Both the position numbers and the translations under genes were made by a program. A stretch of DNA of 60,670 nucleotides from an uncultured Muribaculaceae bacterium (lineage in GTDB: Bacteria > Bacillota_I > Bacilli_A > RF39 > UBA660), in the NCBI GenBank assembly GCA_964369355.1, contig CAYJEO010000001.1:31090-91759 (forward strand), given 5' to 3'. Below, piece after piece: positions 10,428-18,543 of this stretch (positions are counted from its first letter, which is position 1; every line of letters begins with the position of its first letter). The notes below the pieces were generated by a model that was not told where the DNA came from, ran no database searches, and saw only the letters and a program-made list of their open reading frames with translations.

Positions 10428-10451
10428 CAAAAAAAGACTTTTAAAAGTCTT
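10428..10451 (-). terminator. Rho-independent terminator after the acyltransferase gene
   Basis: Perfect palindrome AAGACTTTT/AAAAGTCTT (10434-10451) followed by 7 U on the minus strand. Confidence 0.6.
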
Positions 10452-11661
10452 ATCTCGTTTTCATTTGATTATCTATTTCGTATACTACTTCTTCTGTATT
10501 TTGATATACACTCGACAAAAAATCTTCAATAATATATTTTATTGTATCATCAATATTGAAATCATTTGTTTTGTTAATAATATAATTTTTTAATTCTTTA
10601 TCAGTTGATAACAACATAGTTGCCATAATAAAATCAATAACTTCATTTTTAGTTTTAAATATTTTTCGCAATCTTCTCGCTAACAAATCAATTTTGCTAT
10701 TTCTAGTATCAGGTATCGTAAACCCTATTTTTCTTTCACAAAATTTTCTAAAATCATACAAATCTCTATATTTTATTTCATAATATAGTGGAGAGTACTT
10801 TTGTATTTCTTTGTTTTTGTAAATAGATTTTGTATCTTCAATAAAATCTTCATTAGTATATCTATCAAAGTCTTTATATCCGTGTAAATTTTCGCGCCAT
10901 CCTAAAATGGTATCGTCTTTTGCATATTGTTTAAAGCGTTCTTCGTAATAATTATTTATGTCATTATATCCTCTTTGAGTTTGATCTAATGGTTTAATAT
11001 AGTTTGAAATAATATGCATCATAGATGTTGAAATCTCCTCACTTAATTTTTCTTTAAACTCCTTTTGTGACATTTCATACCCTTTTATTGGATTTCCATA
11101 CATAAGATAAGCTTTATGTTCTTGAGCATCAAATACATTAATCGTTGGTATAACTTCGACTTTTTTACTATTACTAAGTATATATGGCGAGTTGAAAAAA
11201 CCTTCATGAAATTTATTTGGTGAATCACAATATATTCCTTCAACAAATATTTGAACATTGGCGTGTTCTAATACTTTTTCACAGTGTTTTATACATTCTG
11301 AACGACTGATTTTATCAAACATATCAACTCTAATTATTCCATTTAATACAGTCGCTGGCATTAATGGATTATATTTAATTTGATCTGTTCCACCCATCAA
11401 TAAGTATGTGTGTGAAGGAATGTGACAAGTATTTATTATTATGTCATCTTCATAACTATGATTGCTTGCAAAAACATATTTTTTTCCTTTTTCCATTGTT
11501 GGTTTATTTAATACTTCTGTCTTATAATTTAGTATAGCTAGTTTAAAAACATTTCTTAAAATTGGATTGATTGCATTTCTCCATCCTATGGATTTTTCAT
11601 CAAACGGATCGATAGTGTTATCCAAAATTCCTTGACGTAAATTTTTAGTTAAATTATTCAT
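10450..11661 (-). CDS. PlsC-like lysophospholipid acyltransferase family protein with long C-terminal extension
   Basis: HX4D motif NHSYEDD and an EG-type block FVEGIY in the first ~200 aa. About 200 further aa show no motif I recognise. Start set at MNNLTK (AAGGGAGAG RBS); the track start 11682 is a TTG inside the RBS region. Confidence 0.55.
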   Translation of the reverse strand: MNNLTKNLRQGILDNTIDPFDEKSIGWRNAINPILRNVFKLAILNYKTEVLNKPTMEKGKKYVFASNHSYEDDIIINTCHIPSHTYLLMGGTDQIKYNPLMPATVLNGIIRVDMFDKISRSECIKHCEKVLEHANVQIFVEGIYCDSPNKFHEGFFNSPYILSNSKKVEVIPTINVFDAQEHKAYLMYGNPIKGYEMSQKEFKEKLSEEISTSMMHIISNYIKPLDQTQRGYNDINNYYEERFKQYAKDDTILGWRENLHGYKDFDRYTNEDFIEDTKSIYKNKEIQKYSPLYYEIKYRDLYDFRKFCERKIGFTIPDTRNSKIDLLARRLRKIFKTKNEVIDFIMATMLLSTDKELKNYIINKTNDFNIDDTIKYIIEDFLSSVYQNTEEVVYEIDNQMKTR

Positions 11662-11763
11662 AAATTCTCTCCCTTTTTTCAACTATTATATATTTTTTCA
11701 TTTATTTGTCAAATTTTTAGTTTCTTATATATTGATTGTATTATAAAATTAAAATTTTTTCAA

Positions 11764-11800
11764 TAAAAAAACATTATCAACTAAGATAATGTCTTTTTTT
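11764..11800. terminator. Hairpin terminator downstream of serS
   Basis: ACATTATC-aactaa-GATAATGT (11771-11792) flanked by A- and T-runs. Confidence 0.55.
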
Positions 11801-13085
11801 ATTTTTTAGGTTCTATTTTTTCTAAACCACCCATGTAAGGTCTTAATGCAGTAGGAATATTTACACTTCCATCTTCATTATAATTGTTTTCTAAGAAAGC
11901 AATTAATCCTCTTGGTGTTGCTAATACTGTATTATTTAAAGTATGCGCATATTGAGTACCTTCATTAGTTTTCATTCTAATACCTAATCTTCTTGATTGT
12001 GCTTCTCCTAAAGTTGAACAAGATCCAACTTCAAAGTATTTTTGTTGTCTTGGAGACCAAGCTTCAACATCACAAGATTTAACTTTTAAATCTGCTAAAT
12101 CTCCTGAGCAACATTCTAATGTTCTAACAGGTACATCTAATGATTTAAAGAAATCAACTGTAAGTTGCCACATTTTGTTATACCAATCCATAGATTCTTC
12201 TGGTTTACAAATAACTATCATTTCTTGTTTTTCAAATTGATGAACTCTATAAAGTCCTCTTTCTTCTAAACCATGAGCCCCAACTTCTTTTCTAAAACAT
12301 GGTGAATAAGAAGTTAATGTTATAGGTAATTCTGATTCTTTTACTTTTTGATCTTTGAATTTACCTATCATTGAGTGTTCTGAAGTTCCGATTAAATATA
12401 AATCTTCTCCTTCAATTTTATACATCATTGCATCCATTTCTGCAAATGACATAACACCTGTAACAACATCTGATCTAATCATAAATGGCGGAATACAGTA
12501 ATCAAATCCTGCATCTATCATAAAGTCTTTAGCATAAGCTATCATTGCTGAATGTAATCTTGCAATATTTCCCATTAAGTAGTAAAAACCATGACCACTT
12601 GTTCTTGCAGAAGATTCTTTATCAATTCCCATAAATCTATCACAAATATCTGCATGATATGGAATTTCATAACTAGGAACTACTGGCTCTCCATATTTTT
12701 GTACTTCTACATTTTCGTTATCATCTTTACCAATAGGTACTGAGTCATCCATAATATTTGGAATAACCATCATTTTTTCTTTAATTGATTTTTCTAATTC
12801 TACTTCTTTTTCTTCTAATTCAGTTATTTTTGTAGTATATGTCGCTATTTCTTCTTTTAAAGCATTAGCTTCTTCTACTTTTTTCTCTCTCATTAAAGTT
12901 CCAATTAAAGCACTTTTTTCATTTTTTGAAGCTCTTAAGTTATCTCCTTGTTGTTTGTATTCACGATATTCTTTATCTAAAGTAAATATTTCATCTACTA
13001 AAGGTAATTTATTATCTTGAAATTTTTTCTTGATGTTTTCTTTTACTAAATCTTTGTTTTCTCTTATTAATTTAATGTCTATCAT
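11799..13085 (-). CDS. serS: Serine--tRNA ligase
   Basis: N-terminal coiled-coil arm and class II core (FRKEVGAHG, YRVHQFEK, GSCS...RR). 428 aa. Preceded by a Ser T-box. Confidence 0.95.
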   Translation of the reverse strand: MIDIKLIRENKDLVKENIKKKFQDNKLPLVDEIFTLDKEYREYKQQGDNLRASKNEKSALIGTLMREKKVEEANALKEEIATYTTKITELEEKEVELEKSIKEKMMVIPNIMDDSVPIGKDDNENVEVQKYGEPVVPSYEIPYHADICDRFMGIDKESSARTSGHGFYYLMGNIARLHSAMIAYAKDFMIDAGFDYCIPPFMIRSDVVTGVMSFAEMDAMMYKIEGEDLYLIGTSEHSMIGKFKDQKVKESELPITLTSYSPCFRKEVGAHGLEERGLYRVHQFEKQEMIVICKPEESMDWYNKMWQLTVDFFKSLDVPVRTLECCSGDLADLKVKSCDVEAWSPRQQKYFEVGSCSTLGEAQSRRLGIRMKTNEGTQYAHTLNNTVLATPRGLIAFLENNYNEDGSVNIPTALRPYMGGLEKIEPKK

Positions 13086-13107
13086 AATTTCCTCTTTCTA
13101 TTTAAAA

Positions 13108-13312
13108 CAAATTATAAAAAAAGACTAATTATAGGAGCATAAAAAATGCGGTACCATCCTAATTAGTCTTAATTTGAATAACGGCTATGCCGGAAATGTT
13201 TACATTTCACTCAAGAGTAGATTCATAAAATAATTTTGTTTCGTTTACATCAACCACGAACTTTCTTTGCAAAATTAATTTTATTACTATTCTCCGTCTT
13301 TGTTTTAAAAAT
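13108..13312 (-). promoter_or_regulatory. T-box leader (Ser, specifier UCU) controlling serS
   Basis: On the minus strand: stem I with AGAAAG / GGTTGATGTAAAC elements. Specifier loop GAA-UCU-A (codon = plus-strand 13219-13221). T-box sequence AATTAGGATGGTACCGCA (plus-strand 13148-13165). Terminator AAGACTAATTAGG...CCTATAATTAGTCTT plus U7. Confidence 0.88.
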
Positions 13313-13319
13313 TACATTT

Positions 13320-13348
13320 ATTATATCTTATTTTTTTTTATAAATCAA
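13320..13348 (-). promoter_or_regulatory. Promoter of the serS T-box leader
   Basis: Minus strand TTGATT-17 nt-TATAAT, directly upstream of stem I. Confidence 0.55.
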
Positions 13349-13351
13349 GTA

Positions 13352-15934
13352 TTATTTAGCAGTGTACCAGTTATGCCCAGTTTCAATATCTACTTTTAAG
13401 TCTACACCGATTTCATAAACATGCTCCATAATTTCAGTTATTAAGTCTTTTACTACTTCTACTTCTTCATTAACTACATCAAATACTAATTCATCGTGTA
13501 CTTGTAAAATCATTTTAGATTTTAAATTTTTAAGTACAAATTGTTCTTTTATTTTTACCATTGCTAGTTTAATAATATCAGCACTTGTTCCTTGAATTGG
13601 AGTATTTAAAGCAATTCTCTCTCCTTGTTGTTTTATCATATAGTTTTTATTTTTTAATTCCTGAATATAACGAGTTCTTCCCATCAATGTTCTTACTTTA
13701 TAAGTTTCATAAGCTTTTTTAATAGTTTCTTCCATATACACTTTTATTTCTGGATATGTTTGTAAATATGTATTAATAAATTCTTGGGCTTCTTTTACTG
13801 TTATATTTAAGTTTTCTGCTAATCCAAATCCACTAATTCCATAAATTATTCCGAAGTTAACTGCTTTTGCTACTCTACGCATATTACTATTAACATTTTT
13901 AATATCTGTTTTAAAAATATCTGCTGCTGTTTTTGTGTGAATGTCTATATTATTATTAAATGCTTGTTTTAATGTATCAACATTTGCAATTGCTGCAAGT
14001 ATTCGAAGTTCTATTTGTGAGTAATCGCCACTTATTAATAAAGAATTTTCACTTGGTATAAATGCTTTTCTAATTAATTTGCCATATTCGTTTCTAATTG
14101 GTATATTTTGTAAGTTAGGCTCTATTGAAGATAATCTACCAGTTCTTGTTAATGTTTGAGTATATATTGTGTGTATTTTATTATCATCAAATATTATATT
14201 TAATAATCCTTCAATATAAGTTGAATGTAGTTTTGTTAGCATTCTATATTCAATTATTTTATCAATTACAGGATGTGAATTTTTTAATTTATTTAACACA
14301 TCAATAGAAGTTGAATAACCGGTTTTATTTTTCTTACCATGTGGTAAATTTAATTTTTCAAATAATATTTCTCCTAATTGCATTGGAGAAGATATATTAA
14401 AATTAGAACCTGTCATATTAAATATTTCTTTTTCAGTAAGTTCTATTTTGATTTTAATTTCTTCTGACATTTCTGTTAATACATTTTTATCAACACATAC
14501 TCCGTCATATTCCATATCTGCTAAAACGAAAGCTAATGGGTGTTCTATGTTTTTATATAAGTCATATTGCTTATCTTCTATTAATTTTTTTTCAAATATA
14601 TTTTTAGATTCATATATGAATTTTGCTTTTAATATTGCATTATAAGCTATTATATCAACTGATGGTTCTTTTAATTTTGTTTTACCATAAGTTGTTTCAT
14701 AAAAAGGAATATCATTATCAAATATGTTTGCTAAGTATGCAATATCATCTTTAATATTATAATCAAGTAAATACCCTGCTATCATTGTATCAAATTCTAT
14801 ATTATCTATTTTTATATTATTCCACTTTAATGCTGTGTATACTTTTTTTAAATCATATGTATACTTTACATTATTGATTAAAAAATCAGGATTTTCTTTT
14901 AATAAATCAAATGGAATATATGTACTAATTTCGTTATTATAAATAGCCATTCCAAGTATTTTAGAAGTATGATAATTAGTTCCTAATATTTCTAAGTAAA
15001 CAGCTACGTCACCTTTTACTTCAAAGTCTAGGTTAGTTGCTACATTTATATCTATTGATTTTACTTCATCTTGTTTTGCTTCTTTTTTAATAAAAGAATA
15101 GAATTCTAAGTCTTCATACATTTCAGTTAATTTTAAACTGTCTTTACTTTTTAATCTTATATCTTCTACGTTAATATCAACAGGTACATTTAATTCAATA
15201 GTTGCTATTTCATAACTCGTATAAGCATCATTTTTACCATTAATTAACTTATCCTTTACAGCACCTTTTAAATTATCAATGTTTTCATATAAATTATCTA
15301 AACTTTTATATTCTTGCAATAATTTTAATGCAGTTTTTTCTCCTATTCCTTTTACACCAGGAATATTATCTGAAGGATCTCCCATTAATGCTTTTAAATC
15401 TATTATTTTAATTGGTTCTATACCATATTCTTCAATAAATGTTTGTTCATTATATCTTATATAGTCTTTTTGTTTTAATAATTTAATATCAACATCACTT
15501 GATATTAATTGAAGTAAATCTTTATCACTTGAAATAATAGTACCTACATAATTTGAATCTTTATTACAATATGCTGCAAACGTTCCGATGATATCATCAG
15601 CCTCATAATTATCGATTTCATAATACTTAATTCCCATATGTGTAAGTAATTCTTTTGCTAAAGGAAATTGCTTTCTTAACTCATCTGGAGTTTCACTTCT
15701 TCCTTGTTTGTAAAAGTCATATTTTTCATGTCTGAAGTTTTTACCTTTATCAAATGCTACTAGCATATAAACAGGTTTTTCTTCTAAAATTATTTTATTA
15801 ATCATATTAGTAAAGCCAAATAAGGCATTAGTTGGAAATCCTTTACTATTTGTCATGAAGTTACCATTGTATGCTGTTGCATAATAACTTCTAAATAATA
15901 AATTATTACCATCTACTAAAATTATTTTTTCCAT
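13352..15934 (-). CDS. polA: DNA polymerase I
   Basis: 860 aa. 5'-nuclease N-terminus (ILVDGNNLLFRSYYA), motif A DYSQIELR, motif B RRVAKAVNFGIIYG, motif C QVHDELV. Confidence 0.95.
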   Translation of the reverse strand: MEKIILVDGNNLLFRSYYATAYNGNFMTNSKGFPTNALFGFTNMINKIILEEKPVYMLVAFDKGKNFRHEKYDFYKQGRSETPDELRKQFPLAKELLTHMGIKYYEIDNYEADDIIGTFAAYCNKDSNYVGTIISSDKDLLQLISSDVDIKLLKQKDYIRYNEQTFIEEYGIEPIKIIDLKALMGDPSDNIPGVKGIGEKTALKLLQEYKSLDNLYENIDNLKGAVKDKLINGKNDAYTSYEIATIELNVPVDINVEDIRLKSKDSLKLTEMYEDLEFYSFIKKEAKQDEVKSIDINVATNLDFEVKGDVAVYLEILGTNYHTSKILGMAIYNNEISTYIPFDLLKENPDFLINNVKYTYDLKKVYTALKWNNIKIDNIEFDTMIAGYLLDYNIKDDIAYLANIFDNDIPFYETTYGKTKLKEPSVDIIAYNAILKAKFIYESKNIFEKKLIEDKQYDLYKNIEHPLAFVLADMEYDGVCVDKNVLTEMSEEIKIKIELTEKEIFNMTGSNFNISSPMQLGEILFEKLNLPHGKKNKTGYSTSIDVLNKLKNSHPVIDKIIEYRMLTKLHSTYIEGLLNIIFDDNKIHTIYTQTLTRTGRLSSIEPNLQNIPIRNEYGKLIRKAFIPSENSLLISGDYSQIELRILAAIANVDTLKQAFNNNIDIHTKTAADIFKTDIKNVNSNMRRVAKAVNFGIIYGISGFGLAENLNITVKEAQEFINTYLQTYPEIKVYMEETIKKAYETYKVRTLMGRTRYIQELKNKNYMIKQQGERIALNTPIQGTSADIIKLAMVKIKEQFVLKNLKSKMILQVHDELVFDVVNEEVEVVKDLITEIMEHVYEIGVDLKVDIETGHNWYTAK

Positions 15935-15990
15935 ATTCTCACCATTTTCTTAATTTATTATATCAAGTTTCATATTTTTAGTAAATAAGT

Positions 15991-16019
15991 TTGACATTAT
16001 ACACTATAAAACTTATAAT
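15991..16019 (+). promoter_or_regulatory. Perfect consensus sigma-A promoter upstream of the glycine-rich protein gene
   Basis: TTGACA (15991-15996), exactly 17 nt, TATAAT (16014-16019). The ATG lies 55 nt downstream. Confidence 0.65.
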
Positions 16020-16073
16020 TATATATAGAATAAGAATAGATAAATATATATATAAAGAAATGAGTGAGTTTAA

Positions 16074-18509
16074 ATGAATAAAAAAGGGTTTGCATTATCG
16101 AGTATGATTTATACTTTGTTGGTTATATGTTTAGCTTTAATGTTAGGTATTTTAGCTTCTTTAGCATCTCAAAAATTTCAATTTGATAAAATCGGAGAAA
16201 TCATACATGAAAATTTAAATAGTATAATTAAAACAGAAGAAGGTTCTGAATTTGTTTTCGACTATACTGGAGATTATCAAACTTTTGTTGCACCGACTGA
16301 TGGATATTATAACTTTGAAGCTTGGGGAGCACAAGGCGGTAATGATATAGATACTAAAAATGGTGGATATGGGTCATATACATCTGGAGACATCTATCTA
16401 ACAGAAGGTGAAATTATATATGTCTATGTAGGTGGACAAGGTTCTTTATCAGCTGTTGCTGGTGATGAAAATTCAAAAGGATATAATGGTGGCGGAGCTG
16501 GTGGCTACATGAATCCAGCTGATCATGTAGCTGAAGCTGGAGGAGCCGGTGGCGGTGGCGGTGCTACTGATTTCAGATTAAATGATAGTACTAATTCAAT
16601 AATAATGATTGCCGGTGGTGGTGGCGGTCAAAGTAATTACTACACTCAAAAACCTGGTGGTTCAGCAGGAGGACTAATTGGGTATGCGGGTGTTGAAGAT
16701 AGAAATTCTGGAAGTGCAGCATTTACAAATGCACAAGGAGCTACTCAAACTACTGGTGGACAAGCTGCGATAGGTAGTTCATCCTATACTCAACCGACTT
16801 CTGGTATATTTTCCCAAGGAGGTTCTTCACTAGATAAGTGGGGTGGCGGTGGCGGTGGTGGCTACTACGGTGGTGGTGCTAGTAGTGCCACGTCTGGAGT
16901 AGTAGGATCTGGTGCTGGTGGTTCATCTTATATTTCGGGTCATACTGGTTCAGTTGCAATTACTTCTGAATCTGATACAACTCCAACTACTACCGATTTA
17001 GACTTTTCAATTAGATATATTGAAATTGGATCTTCAGGTAGTAATTCTAATACTAACAATCATATTGTAGAACTACAAGCATTTACTGCAGACGGTACTA
17101 ATGTTGCAAGTGGAAAAAGTGTTACTTCTAATAAAACTCAAAATTCATCTTACCCATTTTCTCGAGTAACTGATGGCAATACAACATCAGCTTACTTTGC
17201 AGATGTGGGTTCTATCACTACTGTAGATTTAGGTGCTGAATACAATTTGGAAAGTGTTAAATTATGGAGATATTACACGGATTCAAGAACATACTACAAT
17301 ACTTATGTAAAAGTTTATAATGAAGATTTTTCAAGAAGTACATATTTGCATATTTCAACTCTTGATGGAACCTATGCAGAAACTTCTGCTGGAAAAACAT
17401 TATCTACTAAAATTTGTGAAACAGGTACTTTAAATAATAATTGTTCAATTCATTATAGTGATAAATATTTCACTAATACAGTTATGATTGATGGTTCTGG
17501 TTATAATTGGACAAATAAAAAAGAAGGAATCATTAATATGCCAACTATTGATAATGGTACTTATGAGACTAATATAGGACATTCTGGTAATGGTAGTGCT
17601 AAAATAACATATTTAGGAACTACTCTTGATGAAGAAACCATAGAAACAGGACAAGTATTTGATTTTGCTCATATAAGTGACTATCAAACTTTCATTGTTC
17701 CAGAAAGTGGAAATTATAAATTTGAAGCTTGGGGAGCTTCTTCAACAAATCAAGGTAATACATACATTTTAAGTAATAAAACATATGCAGGATATACTAG
17801 TGGAAATATACATTTGGAAAAAGATCAAATTATTTATGTATATGTTGGTGGCATGGGCGAAAAGTTCAATACTTCCACAACTGTCACTGGTCTTTCTAAA
17901 AGTGGTGGTGCAACTGATTTTAGATTAATTCAGGGTGAATGGAATGAAAAATATTCTTTAAATTCTAGAATAATGGTTGCCGGTGGTTCTGGTGGAACAT
18001 ATGCTGATGGCTCTGGTGGTGTTGGCGGAGATGCTGGCGGTTTAACAAGTCAAGGTGCTTTAATCTCTTATACTACTGCTGGTGCTAGTCAAACATTTGG
18101 TGGAAGTGCTGGATTAAACAGTTATGCAGGCGGATTTGGATATGGTGGTTACAGTGCTGTTTCTGCATATAATTCTGGTGCTGGTGGCTATTACGGTGGT
18201 GGGTCATCTCCTTCTGGAGGTGGTGGTTCTTCATTTATTTCAGGTCATACTGGAGCTGTTGCTATTACTTCTGTATCCAATAGTTCTCCCAAAACTGGAT
18301 GCACCACAGGAACAACAACCAATGAATGTTCAAAACATTATAGTACTCTAACTTTTACTAATACTGTTATGATTGATGGTTCAGGTTATAACTGGACTAA
18401 TGTAAGAGGTTCTTTAACTCCGATGCCTAACCCTAATGGCGGTAGTTATTCGAATGGTTTAGGACATTCTGGTGCTGGACATGCAAGAATTACATATTTA
18501 GGAAACTAA
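16074..18509 (+). CDS. Secreted/anchored protein with prepilin-like leader, two ALK/LTK-type glycine-rich modules and a nested discoidin (F5/8 type C)-like domain
   Basis: Leader MNKKGF|ALSSMIYTLLVICLALML. Modules at aa 58-515 and 527-810 share ordered motifs (YQTF..P..G.Y.FEAWGA, GGATDFRL, IMxAGGxGG, YYGGG, ISGHTGxVAITS, FTNTVMIDGSGYNWTN, GHSGxGxAxITYLG). aa ~307-447 carry IVELQAFT...VTDGNT...VDLG...VKLWRYY, which looks discoidin-like. Confidence 0.6.
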   Translation: MNKKGFALSSMIYTLLVICLALMLGILASLASQKFQFDKIGEIIHENLNSIIKTEEGSEFVFDYTGDYQTFVAPTDGYYNFEAWGAQGGNDIDTKNGGYGSYTSGDIYLTEGEIIYVYVGGQGSLSAVAGDENSKGYNGGGAGGYMNPADHVAEAGGAGGGGGATDFRLNDSTNSIIMIAGGGGGQSNYYTQKPGGSAGGLIGYAGVEDRNSGSAAFTNAQGATQTTGGQAAIGSSSYTQPTSGIFSQGGSSLDKWGGGGGGGYYGGGASSATSGVVGSGAGGSSYISGHTGSVAITSESDTTPTTTDLDFSIRYIEIGSSGSNSNTNNHIVELQAFTADGTNVASGKSVTSNKTQNSSYPFSRVTDGNTTSAYFADVGSITTVDLGAEYNLESVKLWRYYTDSRTYYNTYVKVYNEDFSRSTYLHISTLDGTYAETSAGKTLSTKICETGTLNNNCSIHYSDKYFTNTVMIDGSGYNWTNKKEGIINMPTIDNGTYETNIGHSGNGSAKITYLGTTLDEETIETGQVFDFAHISDYQTFIVPESGNYKFEAWGASSTNQGNTYILSNKTYAGYTSGNIHLEKDQIIYVYVGGMGEKFNTSTTVTGLSKSGGATDFRLIQGEWNEKYSLNSRIMVAGGSGGTYADGSGGVGGDAGGLTSQGALISYTTAGASQTFGGSAGLNSYAGGFGYGGYSAVSAYNSGAGGYYGGGSSPSGGGGSSFISGHTGAVAITSVSNSSPKTGCTTGTTTNECSKHYSTLTFTNTVMIDGSGYNWTNVRGSLTPMPNPNGGSYSNGLGHSGAGHARITYLGN

Positions 18510-18542
18510 AAAAACATATGAATATTCATATGTTCTTTTTTT
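18508..18542. terminator. Bidirectional terminator between the glycine-rich gene and polC
   Basis: 22-nt perfect palindrome AACATATGAAT/ATTCATATGTT (18513-18534) flanked by an A-run and a T-run. Confidence 0.7.
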
Positions 18543-18543
18543 A

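Noticed and set aside
18124-18351. 75-aa alternative-frame ORF inside the glycine-rich gene.
   Set aside because: Same strand but out of frame, produced by the GGT/GCT-rich repeats. The main frame has coherent duplicated motifs along its whole length.
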